Positions 1 through 9,077 of a DNA stretch of 28,292 nt are shown here, piece by piece. Position numbers and translations under genes: made by a program. The stretch lies in IMG/VR virus record IMGVR_UViG_3300042446_000347, positions 1 to 28,292 of that record; one strand, given 5' to 3'. The stretch's first letter is position 1. Each line of letters begins with the position of its first letter. Below the pieces are notes generated by a model. It made no database searches, was not told the DNA's origin, and saw only the letters and a program-made list of their open reading frames with translations. The stretch is from a virus. Lineage: Duplodnaviria > Caudoviricetes.

Positions 1-326
1 TCTCGTTTAGTTCAAGAGTTCGTTTGGCAGGAATAGATACTCCAGAAAGTAGAACAACAGACAAGATTGAAAAAGCATTAGGTCTTGAAGCTAAAGCATA
101 TTTAAAGAATGCAATTGATTCAGCAAAAACTGTTGTTATTAAAACAGAAAAAATGAATTCTTCAGAAAAATATGGAAGAATTTTAGGTTGGATATTTTTA
201 GACGGATCTGATGTTTCTATCAATCAAAAAATGATTAATGATGGTCATGCGTGGGGATATATGGGAGAGACTAAGGTCAAAGATTTTGATGCCTTAGCAA
301 AAGCGAGAAAAAAGAGCGGGAAGTAA
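1..326 (+). CDS. Thermonuclease (SNase-like), 5' truncated by window edge
   Basis: Frame is open from base 3 (SFSSRVRLAGIDTPE); carries the RLxGIDTPE and KYGRILG motifs of the staphylococcal nuclease family. Confidence 0.9.
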   Translation, partial: SFSSRVRLAGIDTPESRTTDKIEKALGLEAKAYLKNAIDSAKTVVIKTEKMNSSEKYGRILGWIFLDGSDVSINQKMINDGHAWGYMGETKVKDFDALAKARKKSGK

Positions 327-514
327 TGCCAGTATACGAATATCGTTGTATTGATGATGAAGAACATCCAATCATTGAAATAACAAGAGGTATCATGGAT
401 ACCGAATCTATTTATAAATGTGATGTTTGTGAGTCATTAATGACAAGACATTTCACTCCATTTGGAATTCAATTTAAAGGATCTGGGTTTTACAAGACAG
501 ATAATCCTAAATGA
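326..514 (+). CDS. FmdB-family zinc-ribbon regulatory protein
   Basis: MPVYEYRC start, CDVC, and IQFKGSGFYKTD C-terminal signature. Confidence 0.88.
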   Translation: MPVYEYRCIDDEEHPIIEITRGIMDTESIYKCDVCESLMTRHFTPFGIQFKGSGFYKTDNPK

Positions 515-519
515 TTTAA

Positions 520-528
520 TGCTATAAT
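520..528 (+). promoter_or_regulatory. Extended -10 promoter (TGCTATAAT)
   Basis: TGnTATAAT upstream of the TTG-start gene at 566, which has an AGGAG RBS; no clear -35. Confidence 0.6.
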
Positions 529-565
529 TAACTAAATAGACAATAGGTTTGTTTAGGAGTTATAG

Positions 566-2698
566 TTGACTGGGACAAAAGCATGGAGATTATCATTAGC
601 CGCCATTTTAATGTTTGGATGGGTATTCCTTACTCCTGCCCACGGAGATGATCCACTTAGTCTTGCCGCTCAAGAAATAGAAGAGCTTAATAGCAAAGTA
701 TCTAACTTAGTTTATCAAGATGATTTTATAAATCTTATAGATATAGCAGAAAATAAATTTATATATGCAAAAAATTCCATGGAACTTAGAGACGATTCCT
801 ATGATTCCTATGATGATGCAGTAGATGCAGAAGCATCAGCCTTAGAGGCAAAAGTCCTTGCCCAGTCAAATGTAGATGCACAAACAGCAGTAGTAGCACT
901 AGCACTTGAACATAAAGACAGTGCACTTGAAGATAAGGATGATGCACAGGATGCACTCAGCATAGCCAATATTAATGTTCAAACCACCCAATCAAATATT
1001 CAGAGTGCTGGTGGAACTGGGCTTTCCTATACTGTTTATAATTTATTAAGAAATGGCAATCAGGCAGTTCCAGGATCTGTTATATGTAATGGCAATTGGA
1101 ATTCAAACTCAATGAGCCTTCCAGTATGTGGTAGATATGAAAATATTATAGTTAAATTTACTGGAAGAATTACTGTTCCAGATCATTGGACACAAACATA
1201 TTTTGCAGGATCTACAGACGATGGTTTTAGAATGTATGTCGACGGCCAACTTGCTGTAAATAACTGGGTAGAACAAGGCGTTACATGGAGTGACTATTCT
1301 CAAATATATGATGTTAGCGAAGATAAGACTTTAGATGTAGAAATTTGGTGGTATAACGGAGGAGGCCCAGGTTCGTATCATCTTGGATGGGCTATTCCTG
1401 GAGGTTGGACTGGGGCAGGATGTGATTATACTGGAGGCTGGGGAGTAGGATTTTCATGCAACCTTAATACATTTTCCTCTGGATCAGGACCAACTCAAGC
1501 ACAGGTAAATGCATATAATGATGCCCTTGCAGCAAGGGCTGTAGCACAAACAAATTATAACAATAAGTCTGCAGTATACAATGATAAGCTTGTAGTATAC
1601 AACTCTGAAAACGCAACGCTGTCATCAATAAATCAGATTTTACAAACAAAGACACAGGAGCATCTTGATGCCGTTGCGGACACAGAAGATGCTTTAGAAT
1701 TAAAGAATAATAGAATAAACACATATGATCAATCTATAGTTGATTTAAATGCTGCTGTTGAAGATGCATGGAATTATTATTTTGAACAATCTGAAAGAGA
1801 ATTAAACGCTGCTATTGCACAAGCAGCAGCCAACGCTGCAGCCAATCAGCCTACACCAAAACCAAGCCCAGAACCAACTTCTGAGCCTACAGAAGAGCCC
1901 ACATCTGAACCTACAGAGGAACCTACATCAGAGCCCACAGACGAGCCTACATCAGAGCCTACATCTGAACCTACAGAGGAACCTACATCAGAGCCTACAG
2001 AGGAGCCTACATCAGAGCCTACAGAGGAACCTACATCAGAGCCTACAGAGGAGCCTACATCAGAGCCTACAGAGGAGCCTACATCAGAGCCTACAGACGA
2101 GCCAGCACCTGAGCCTACAGATGAACCTACAGAAGAACCTACACCAGAGGCCACAGATAATGTAGAAATTAAAGATGAAGAGTTAGCAGCTCTTATACCA
2201 GAAAAAGGCGAGGGAACCTCAGAAGATCTTTCTGGAGTTATAGCTAATCTAACAAGCAAAGATAATAAATTAGTTGTGTTGTCTATAGAACAAATTGCTG
2301 CAGTTAGTCAGACACTAACTGCTTTAACAAGCGAAGCTAAATCAGAAGTTGCAGAGAACCTTGGAATTAAATCTTCAGATGTTGCAGCGATTGCTGAAGC
2401 AATGAAAAGTAATCCAGAGCTAGCAACTGCATTTGTAGAGTTTGAATCTAGAGCAGCGGAGGCTGGAGATGCAAATATGCCGTATACCTTAGCAGATGCA
2501 ACAACAGAGGTGCAGACAGAAGCATTCTTGGCGGATCCAATAGGAGCACTTACAGATATAGATTTTGAGAAGATTTTAAGCCCATCGGAGTGGGGAAAAG
2601 ACATGACAGATGATCAAAGAGAAAAGGCGCAGGAAGTAGTAATACCAGTTATCATAGCATCAAATATTATTGCCGCAGCAATGACAAGGAGGATATAA
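566..2698 (+). CDS. Secreted/membrane-anchored protein with PA14 domain, coiled coil and Glu-Pro-Thr linker
   Basis: N-terminal signal peptide; FTGRITVP...TDDGFRMYVDGQLAVNNWVEQG...WWYNGGGPG is PA14-like; (EPTS/EPTE)n repeat; hydrophobic C-terminus followed by RR. Confidence 0.78.
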   Translation: MTGTKAWRLSLAAILMFGWVFLTPAHGDDPLSLAAQEIEELNSKVSNLVYQDDFINLIDIAENKFIYAKNSMELRDDSYDSYDDAVDAEASALEAKVLAQSNVDAQTAVVALALEHKDSALEDKDDAQDALSIANINVQTTQSNIQSAGGTGLSYTVYNLLRNGNQAVPGSVICNGNWNSNSMSLPVCGRYENIIVKFTGRITVPDHWTQTYFAGSTDDGFRMYVDGQLAVNNWVEQGVTWSDYSQIYDVSEDKTLDVEIWWYNGGGPGSYHLGWAIPGGWTGAGCDYTGGWGVGFSCNLNTFSSGSGPTQAQVNAYNDALAARAVAQTNYNNKSAVYNDKLVVYNSENATLSSINQILQTKTQEHLDAVADTEDALELKNNRINTYDQSIVDLNAAVEDAWNYYFEQSERELNAAIAQAAANAAANQPTPKPSPEPTSEPTEEPTSEPTEEPTSEPTDEPTSEPTSEPTEEPTSEPTEEPTSEPTEEPTSEPTEEPTSEPTEEPTSEPTDEPAPEPTDEPTEEPTPEATDNVEIKDEELAALIPEKGEGTSEDLSGVIANLTSKDNKLVVLSIEQIAAVSQTLTALTSEAKSEVAENLGIKSSDVAAIAEAMKSNPELATAFVEFESRAAEAGDANMPYTLADATTEVQTEAFLADPIGALTDIDFEKILSPSEWGKDMTDDQREKAQEVVIPVIIASNIIAAAMTRRI
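1870..2148 (+). repeat. 12-nt-unit coding tandem repeat (GAGCCTACAGAG/GAGCCTACATCA; EPTE/EPTS)
   Basis: More than 20 tetrapeptide units directly visible. Confidence 0.95.
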
Positions 2699-2892
2699 TG
2701 AAAATAATCAAGGCTATATTTAAATATATTTGGGAAGTTATCAAAGAAAGCATTGCTCAGGTATTTACCCTGCTAGGCTTCTTTATTGCATGGCTAACCC
2801 TTACGGGCTCAGCACAGCAGGTTGTTGGGGTGGCTACAGTAGCTGCCACTGCAATATGGCTACTAACCATCCCGTTGAGAAAAGAAGACTAG
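2698..2892 (+). CDS. Small two-TM membrane protein (holin-like)
   Basis: Two hydrophobic segments, charged C-terminus, upstream of the CHAP amidase. Confidence 0.6.
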   Translation: MKIIKAIFKYIWEVIKESIAQVFTLLGFFIAWLTLTGSAQQVVGVATVAATAIWLLTIPLRKED

Positions 2893-2906
2893 GGTATAAT
2901 AGAGAC

Positions 2907-3110
2907 ATGAAAAAATTAATTGCTATTGCCCTATCTGGGCTATTAATGCTACTATTATCAGGATGCTCGGTTCCGCAGGATAGATATAGATATCCATGCC
3001 AAGACCCAGCAAACTGGAAGAATGCAGAATGCAATCCCCCAATTTGTGAATCTTCTGGCACATGCACAAAAGATTTAGTAGAAGGTTATGAGGAAGTTCA
3101 AAATGGCTAG
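2907..3110 (+). CDS. Small Cys-rich lipoprotein
   Basis: Likely start is ATG 2907 (MKKLIAIALSGLLMLLLSG-C lipobox); four more Cys; TATAAT ends 6 nt before the ATG. Confidence 0.75.
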   Translation: MKKLIAIALSGLLMLLLSGCSVPQDRYRYPCQDPANWKNAECNPPICESSGTCTKDLVEGYEEVQNG

Positions 3111-3513
3111 AGTTCGTAGAAACCCTTCAGAGTTAGATGCTTTATTAAAATTTGTTTTAGGTATCACTCTTGGAAGTATTTTATTTTTAACATCGACAGG
3201 AATCCTATACGGTTTGCTATTTGTTCAGCAGCCATTAACTGGACAATCTGAAAACGACAAGATGTTCTTCAATGTCCTTGGATCTGTAGCAACATTTATT
3301 ACAGGAACACTTGCAGGTTTATTAATTGGACAGTCTGGTGCTAAAGATATTATGTCAGCACAGATAGCTAATAAAGAAATGGATGCAAAAAATACTCAAG
3401 CTGACAAAAAGCTTGAAGCAGAAATTGATGCGACTGCAGCACGCTTAGCTGCAAAACCAGATGGCGCAATGCCAGAAGAACAACCAGTAGACACTGATTG
3501 GGATAAGGATTAA
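3103..3513 (+). CDS. Two-TM membrane protein with charged C-terminal tail (holin-like)
   Basis: ATG 3103 after GAGGAAG; two TM helices; directly upstream of the amidase. Confidence 0.65.
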   Translation: MARVRRNPSELDALLKFVLGITLGSILFLTSTGILYGLLFVQQPLTGQSENDKMFFNVLGSVATFITGTLAGLLIGQSGAKDIMSAQIANKEMDAKNTQADKKLEAEIDATAARLAAKPDGAMPEEQPVDTDWDKD

Positions 3514-3515
3514 TC

Positions 3516-4106
3516 ATGGCAGAACAAGGTACAGCAGCACGTTTAATTGAAGTTGCAACAGCAGAAATTGGAACTATTGAAGGTCCAAAAGATAACGAAA
3601 CAAAGTACGGCGCATTTACAAAAGCTAACTTCCAACCATGGTGCGGAAGTTTCGTTAATTGGTGCGGGAACGAAAGTGGCGTAAAGATTCCTAATACTGT
3701 TTATACACCAGGCGGAGCAGCAGCATTTAAGAAAGCTGGAGCATGGATTGATGTTGACATCGCAGATCCAGAGCCAGGAGACATAGCCTATTTTGATTTT
3801 CCCTCAGACGGTGTCGATAGAATTTCTCACGTTGGAATTGTTGTTAAAGACAATGAAGACGGAACAGTTTGGTGCATTGAAGGAAACACTTCTTCAAATA
3901 AAAAGGGAAGTCAAAGAAATGGCGGAGAAGTTTGCAAGCAACTTCGTGCTTATAAGAAAAATAAAGCTGGTGTAATGATTTCAATTGTAGGATTTGGAAG
4001 ACCAAAGTTTGGTGGCGCAGCAAAAACAGCGGACAAGCCAGCAGCCAAGCCAACAGCAAAAGCGGCAGCGTCTAAGTCACAGAAGTGTCCTGCCTGCGGT
4101 AAGTAA
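3516..4106 (+). CDS. CHAP-domain peptidoglycan amidase (putative endolysin)
   Basis: PWCGSFVNW (Cys), SHVGIV (His) and IEGNT motifs; Lys/Ala-rich tail ending in CPAC. Confidence 0.88.
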   Translation: MAEQGTAARLIEVATAEIGTIEGPKDNETKYGAFTKANFQPWCGSFVNWCGNESGVKIPNTVYTPGGAAAFKKAGAWIDVDIADPEPGDIAYFDFPSDGVDRISHVGIVVKDNEDGTVWCIEGNTSSNKKGSQRNGGEVCKQLRAYKKNKAGVMISIVGFGRPKFGGAAKTADKPAAKPTAKAAASKSQKCPACGK

Positions 4107-4250
4107 ATGAATACTTATGTTATTAAGCTAGAAGTAGAAGCTCAAATAGAAGCTTTTAGCGAAGATGACGCAAAAGATTACATCAATGATATCTTTGGTG
4201 TTGATGATGAAGTTAAAAACGTTAAAATATTAAGCGTTAAGGAGAAATGA
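4107..4250 (+). CDS. Hypothetical protein, 47 aa (not in ORF track)
   Basis: MNTYVIKLEVEAQIEAFSEDDAKDYINDIFG...; abuts both neighbours. Confidence 0.7.
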   Translation: MNTYVIKLEVEAQIEAFSEDDAKDYINDIFGVDDEVKNVKILSVKEK

Positions 4251-5125
4251 TGGCAAAAGAAGGATACAAACCAACCTCTGGAATGCAGTCTGCAGCACGT
4301 CGTGCTATTAAATTAAAAGAGCAGGGTAAGGCTACAGGTGCAGGAACAGTCGTTGGCTGGACTCGTGCAGGACAACTATCTCGTGGAGAAACTTTAAGTC
4401 TCTCAACAGTTAAGCGCATGTATTCATATTTTTCTCGTCATGAAGTAGATAAAAAAGGAAAAGATTGGGATAATGCAGAAAACCCATCAAATGGAAAGAT
4501 CATGTGGTTAGCATGGGGCGGGGATGCAGGATTCTCTTGGTCTCGTAAGATAGTAGAAAGAGAGAAGAATATGAAGAAATCATTAACAACAAACGAATTA
4601 GTAGAAGAAATTAAAGATATACTGGAGGATGCAGTTAATCCAGTAGACACAGTAATTGAAATTCCAGACGATGAGGAAGTTACAAAAGCACTACGTCCAG
4701 AGGTAACAAAGGATCAAATGTATTCAGTAATTGAGCATTTGATGGAAGCCGTAGAAGCAATGCTAGAAATGCCAGAAGAAGAAGACGAAGGCGAGACAGA
4801 AACTGAGTCTCCAGAAAATCCTATGCCTGTTGGCAATGAAATAGAAGATGCCAATAATATGGAAAATACATGGCCAATTGCTAAGTCTGAGCACGGAGAA
4901 GACATGGAAGATGAGAAGAAGGAAGTTTACAAGAGCGATGACCCAGAAGATGCATGGGATAATGAAATGCAAAAATGCTGGACTGGTTATCGTCAAGATG
5001 GAATGAAAGAAAAGGGCGGAAGAATGGTCCCTAATTGCGTGCCTGTAAATAAAGCTGAAGATCTAACAGAAGCAGATCAGGTAACCAAGTCACTTTGGGG
5101 TGGCTCATTTAAACCTACAAGATAA
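4250..5125 (+). CDS. Phage protein with conserved N-terminal helical domain, acidic linker and C-terminal CWxGY...VPNC motif (possibly head-associated)
   Basis: TVKRMYSYFSRH...WLAWGGDAG block, recalled from phage head-maturation-associated proteins; AAGGAG RBS. Confidence 0.55.
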   Translation: MAKEGYKPTSGMQSAARRAIKLKEQGKATGAGTVVGWTRAGQLSRGETLSLSTVKRMYSYFSRHEVDKKGKDWDNAENPSNGKIMWLAWGGDAGFSWSRKIVEREKNMKKSLTTNELVEEIKDILEDAVNPVDTVIEIPDDEEVTKALRPEVTKDQMYSVIEHLMEAVEAMLEMPEEEDEGETETESPENPMPVGNEIEDANNMENTWPIAKSEHGEDMEDEKKEVYKSDDPEDAWDNEMQKCWTGYRQDGMKEKGGRMVPNCVPVNKAEDLTEADQVTKSLWGGSFKPTR

Positions 5126-5137
5126 TATAAAAACTGA

Positions 5138-5167
5138 TTGACACAGCCGTAGTTATTCCTGTATAAT
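5138..5167 (+). promoter_or_regulatory. SigA-type promoter TTGACA-N18-TATAAT
   Basis: Perfect hexamers upstream of the operon containing whiB. Confidence 0.8.
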
Positions 5168-5205
5168 AATACATAGGGATGCTACGGTTTAGTGTTTAGG
5201 AAAAT

Positions 5206-5436
5206 ATGTTAAATTTAAACCTCCGTGGTGCAGAAATATTTATAAATAGATCAAAGACAAAAACGCAGGAAGCTTTTTGGAACAATTATGAACTCATAAT
5301 CTGGAAAAAGAATGCCAATGGATTTACTCATAAAAATGGCATGTTTAGAAATGAATGGGGATTGGCAGAAAAAATATCTGTCAATGAACAAGGGATCTGG
5401 AAGTTACCTAAAAAATATGTCAAATATTTTAAATGA
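5206..5436 (+). CDS. Hypothetical protein
   Basis: ORF with AGGA RBS after a promoter. Confidence 0.75.
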   Translation: MLNLNLRGAEIFINRSKTKTQEAFWNNYELIIWKKNANGFTHKNGMFRNEWGLAEKISVNEQGIWKLPKKYVKYFK

Positions 5437-5728
5437 TTTAGGCATAGATGAAGATGACTTTGACTGGTGGCATCTAGCAGTATGTCGTGGAATGGATACT
5501 AATTTATTTTATGATAAATATGAATCCGATCCTAATATTGCAAAGAGCATAGACGAAGCCTGCTTGAGCTGTCCAGTAATTAAAATGTGCCATGAATCTG
5601 GCACACAAAATTCTGAGTATGGTATCTGGGGTGGAGTTTACCTAAATGCTGGTGCAACAGATAGAACTAGGAACTTACATAAAACTGTAGAAATATGGAA
5701 AAGGTTAAGGAGTAAAGGTGTTCATTGA
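5417..5728 (+). CDS. whiB: WhiB-family Fe-S transcription regulator
   Basis: W...AVCRGMDTNLFY...CLSCPVIKMC...YGIWGG: four Cys plus the G[IV]WGG turn; start probably ATG 5417. Confidence 0.93.
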   Translation: MSNILNDLGIDEDDFDWWHLAVCRGMDTNLFYDKYESDPNIAKSIDEACLSCPVIKMCHESGTQNSEYGIWGGVYLNAGATDRTRNLHKTVEIWKRLRSKGVH

Positions 5729-6035
5729 TAAGTCTAAGGACCACTTTAAACACGGAATTAACCAATGGACTGGTGATCCAAATAAGCCAGTATTTTATAA
5801 CAATGAGATGGCACAAAAGGTAAAACAAATTAAAGTGCCAGTAACGGGATTACAAATGGATATATCAAAGTATCCAGATTTCTTGGCTATTATGCTGTAT
5901 GAAGATAACTTTATACTTTTTGACGGGGTTAAAAAGGAAATGGTTATTGATTATGTTGGCAGAGTCAAGAAGGTAATTGAGTCATACGGAGTAAGATGCG
6001 AACTAATTGGAGTCCCAAGTGAAAGAGTATTATGA
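5718..6035 (+). CDS. Hypothetical protein
   Basis: GTG start with GGAG RBS; overlaps whiB stop. Confidence 0.75.
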   Translation: MFIDKSKDHFKHGINQWTGDPNKPVFYNNEMAQKVKQIKVPVTGLQMDISKYPDFLAIMLYEDNFILFDGVKKEMVIDYVGRVKKVIESYGVRCELIGVPSERVL

Positions 6036-6216
6036 CAGAGTGACTATAGTTTATATACATGAGGAATCTGTATATGGAACAGTTGAAAAAATGGGAGCGT
6101 TTGCTTCAAAAGTAAAGTACCAAAAGGATGGCATAGAGTATGTTGTCCTATTAGAAAATGACGAATTCGCTATTTTAGAGGAAATCGTATTTCAGCATTT
6201 TGAGGAAGAAAACTAA
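6019..6216 (+). CDS. Hypothetical protein (start uncertain)
   Basis: ORF packed between neighbours; TAATG overlap with next gene. Confidence 0.65.
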   Translation: MKEYYDRVTIVYIHEESVYGTVEKMGAFASKVKYQKDGIEYVVLLENDEFAILEEIVFQHFEEEN

Positions 6217-6452
6217 TGGAAAAAATTCTATGTTATTCGTGCAATAAGAGTAAGAATCAACTGAATGCTAAGCGTTCAGCTTTGCTACCAATTAACTTGC
6301 TTATGTGCGAGACATGCATAACATCTAAATTTGAGCCACGCTGGGTTATTATATTGGCAGGCAGATCAAATGGTGCAGATCATGTTAGGGATTTTGTGCT
6401 AAAAAAGCGATATGTTGGCAATGAAATATCAGCGTCTGAATTATTAGTTTAA
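6216..6452 (+). CDS. Zinc-finger-like hypothetical protein
   Basis: CYSC...CETC. Confidence 0.75.
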   Translation: MEKILCYSCNKSKNQLNAKRSALLPINLLMCETCITSKFEPRWVIILAGRSNGADHVRDFVLKKRYVGNEISASELLV

Positions 6453-6482
6453 CATTCATATTCCTGTATAATAGACTATATA

Positions 6483-6803
6483 ATGCCTATTGATACAACT
6501 ACTATTATTATTTCAATTTCTGCTGCAATTTTAGGCGGATTTGGAACTGCAATTGTTAATGCGATATCCCAAGCAAAAAGGGAACAAACTAGAAAATTAG
6601 AAAGATATCAGGATCAGCTTAAACTAGAATTAAAAGATTTAAAGATTCAGCTCTATCAATTAGAAAAAGATCTTACTGAATGGAAAGATAAGTATTATTC
6701 TGCTATTCAGCAATTAATAGAAGTACGGGCGGAACTGGAAGAAACCTTAGTTAAATTGTCTATTATTCATATTGAGCATGAGCATGACAATGAAGAAGAG
6801 TAG
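6483..6803 (+). CDS. N-terminal TM helix plus coiled-coil protein
   Basis: Hydrophobic residues ~7-27 followed by a heptad-rich segment. Confidence 0.75.
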   Translation: MPIDTTTIIISISAAILGGFGTAIVNAISQAKREQTRKLERYQDQLKLELKDLKIQLYQLEKDLTEWKDKYYSAIQQLIEVRAELEETLVKLSIIHIEHEHDNEEE

Positions 6804-6829
6804 ACCTTCGAATTTATATTTAGTATACT
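6801..6829 (+). promoter_or_regulatory. Promoter TAGACC-N17-TATACT, leaderless
   Basis: ATG 6836 follows the -10 after 6 nt; no RBS. Confidence 0.65.
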
Positions 6830-6835
6830 AATAGT

Positions 6836-7390
6836 ATGACTTGTATTGTGGCTATAGCTCAGAATGGAACTGTCTATATGGGTTCCGACCATGCCGCCTC
6901 AGATGATAAAAGCGGATGGGTCATGTCAAGAAAAGAGCCTAAAGTTTTTAAAGTTGGGCAATATGGAATAGCTTTTACTGATAGCTTTCGCATGGGACAG
7001 ATTCTTCAATACAACTGGACTCCACCAAAATATACTCCAACCAAAACCAATTCTGGGCTAGATAAGTTTATGCGTACAAAGTTTGTAGACTCAGTTAAAG
7101 TTGCTTTTAAAGAGCATGGGTTCGGAGACATTGGCGGAACAGATGAAGATACAGGGGGCATATTTATAGTAGGGCTAGAAGGCAGAATATTTGTAGTAGA
7201 CGAAGACTTTCATGTAGGCGAAAATGTAGTTAATTATATGGCGGAAGGCTCAGGTGGAATGTTTGCACTAGGAGCATTACATGCGACAAAGAACCAAAAG
7301 AATCCTAAAATGAGATTAAAACTAGCTTTAGAGGCAGCATCAGAATTTTCAATGAGCGTAGCCCCACCCTTTACATACATTCAGGTTTAG
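6836..7390 (+). CDS. Ntn-hydrolase, HslV/proteasome beta-subunit-like peptidase
   Basis: M-T-CIVAI start giving an N-terminal Thr; GSD; conserved Lys (EPKVFK); AEGSGG...ALGAL. Confidence 0.82.
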   Translation: MTCIVAIAQNGTVYMGSDHAASDDKSGWVMSRKEPKVFKVGQYGIAFTDSFRMGQILQYNWTPPKYTPTKTNSGLDKFMRTKFVDSVKVAFKEHGFGDIGGTDEDTGGIFIVGLEGRIFVVDEDFHVGENVVNYMAEGSGGMFALGALHATKNQKNPKMRLKLALEAASEFSMSVAPPFTYIQV

Positions 7391-7404
7391 AGTATAATTA
7401 GATT

Positions 7405-7716
7405 ATGAAGTGGCTTACTAGAATAGTTACAGTCTTCCTAGGCTTTGCATCAATTGGTGCGGTCAAGCAATTTTTTGACAAGTATACAGTGCTTGTTTTT
7501 GACAATGAAGATATTGGCGGGACCCAAGAATCTGAGGCTATGGATCTACGGGGTACCCCAACACACGCATGCATATGTGGCTCAGCAGTTTGGAACATAA
7601 AAGCCGTATTTGATAATTATGAAATAGCAACATACTTTTTAGACATGGAGTGTGCAGAATGCGGTAGTCTAGCAACTGCCCCAACCCCCCTTGATAGAGA
7701 AGGAATGGAAAATTGA
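7405..7716 (+). CDS. Membrane-anchored zinc-binding hypothetical protein
   Basis: N-terminal hydrophobic helix; HACICG...CAECG; TATAAT ends 6 nt before the ATG. Confidence 0.72.
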   Translation: MKWLTRIVTVFLGFASIGAVKQFFDKYTVLVFDNEDIGGTQESEAMDLRGTPTHACICGSAVWNIKAVFDNYEIATYFLDMECAECGSLATAPTPLDREGMEN

Positions 7717-7880
7717 GAAAATCAGAGCGATTAAGACTTCTAGAAATGGAATTATTACGCACACAATTTCAGATTGAATACTTGACAACTGCGGTAAATA
7801 TGCTTTTGCAGGACGCTAAAGTCAAGGCACCAGAGATGGACGCTGGTAAGTGGTATAAAGCTAAGCTAGACAACAAGTAA
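7713..7880 (+). CDS. Hypothetical protein, 55 aa (not in ORF track)
   Basis: TTG start overlapping upstream TGA, with AAGGA upstream; fills the gap. Confidence 0.6.
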   Translation: MRKSERLRLLEMELLRTQFQIEYLTTAVNMLLQDAKVKAPEMDAGKWYKAKLDNK

Positions 7881-7883
7881 CTA

Positions 7884-7912
7884 TTGACGGATACTTGTTC
7901 TTTTAGTAGAAT
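7884..7912 (+). promoter_or_regulatory. Promoter TTGACG-N17-TAGAAT, leaderless
   Basis: ATG 7920 follows the -10 after 7 nt. Confidence 0.75.
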
Positions 7913-7919
7913 AGAACAC

Positions 7920-9077
7920 ATGAACAAAAAAATAATCACGGCATTAATTGCCTTAACACTTATCGTACCCGCCACATCAAATGCGGCAAACCTGTCTAAT
8001 AAGACACTAACACCGACTGTTGCAATTTTAGATACAGCATTGGACTCATCGCTTCCCATTTTTAATGGTCGAATTGCAAAAGAAGTTTGTATCCTAGAAT
8101 GGAACTCTTGCCCAAACGGTAAATCATTTATGGAGGGTCCAGGATCTGCAGGGCTTCCTTCAAGTATAATTGCAAAGAATGGCTTTAATCATGGCACACA
8201 AATGTCATCAATTTTCATTGCTAATAGTCCAAATGTTAACATAGTATTTGTTAGAATTATTGGAAACACACCATCTGGAGAAAGACAATTAGCTAACGAG
8301 ATTACAGTAGTAAATGCCCTTGACTGGGTGTATAAGAATAAAGATGTTTTGAATATTCAGGCAGTTACAATGGCAATGGGACACCATAACCTAGGTCATG
8401 GAACAAGCTATTGCCCAAATACTCCAGCAACACAACTACGTTTAAAGAACTTTGTTTCTATTGGTCTTCCTGTATTTATTGCTGCTGGAAATGCTGGCGA
8501 TTTAAAGAGAATCGACTGGCCTTCATGTATTGATGATTCAATTTCAGTTGGCGCAGCAACAGCTCAGGACGAGTTAGCAATCTACAGCAATTATGATGAA
8601 AACAAAATTGATTTTATTGCTCTAGGAAATACGGTTGCTTCTCAGCCAGTAACAGGCAAGCAGATTGGCGTACGAGGAACATCTGCTTCAACACAAATTG
8701 CAGCAGCAAACTGGTTGGCAGTTAAAAATGTTCGGCCAGGAATTTCTTATCAAGATCTATATGCACTTATGCGAAACAGTGCTATTCCAGCAAAAAGTAC
8801 TAGCACAATCATTGCTAAGTTAATTAGTTATGACTCTGCAGTTAAATTTTTAAATGCTGAAGAAGCACGAAAGTCTGCAGAAGAAGCAGCAAAAGCAGCA
8901 GCACTGGCTGCAGCAAAAGCCGCTGCTATTGAATCTTTGATGAAAAAGCAGGAACAAGAAATTATGCAAATACTAGAAAGATACAATGCTTCTGTATTAG
9001 AATTAACTAAAGCAAAAGATTCTTCTATCACAGCACTAAAGGCAACAATTGCAGCGGAGGTACTGAAGCTTGGCTAA
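7920..9077 (+). CDS. Secreted subtilisin-like (S8) serine peptidase with Ala-rich coiled-coil tail
   Basis: Signal peptide; catalytic motifs VAILDT, NHGT, AAGN and GTSAS. Confidence 0.87.
   Translation: MNKKIITALIALTLIVPATSNAANLSNKTLTPTVAILDTALDSSLPIFNGRIAKEVCILEWNSCPNGKSFMEGPGSAGLPSSIIAKNGFNHGTQMSSIFIANSPNVNIVFVRIIGNTPSGERQLANEITVVNALDWVYKNKDVLNIQAVTMAMGHHNLGHGTSYCPNTPATQLRLKNFVSIGLPVFIAAGNAGDLKRIDWPSCIDDSISVGAATAQDELAIYSNYDENKIDFIALGNTVASQPVTGKQIGVRGTSASTQIAAANWLAVKNVRPGISYQDLYALMRNSAIPAKSTSTIIAKLISYDSAVKFLNAEEARKSAEEAAKAAALAAAKAAAIESLMKKQEQEIMQILERYNASVLELTKAKDSSITALKATIAAEVLKLG

Noticed and set aside
1815-2259. Alternative-frame and antisense ORFs over the EPT repeat
   Set aside because: They are stop-free shadows of the 12-nt coding repeat.
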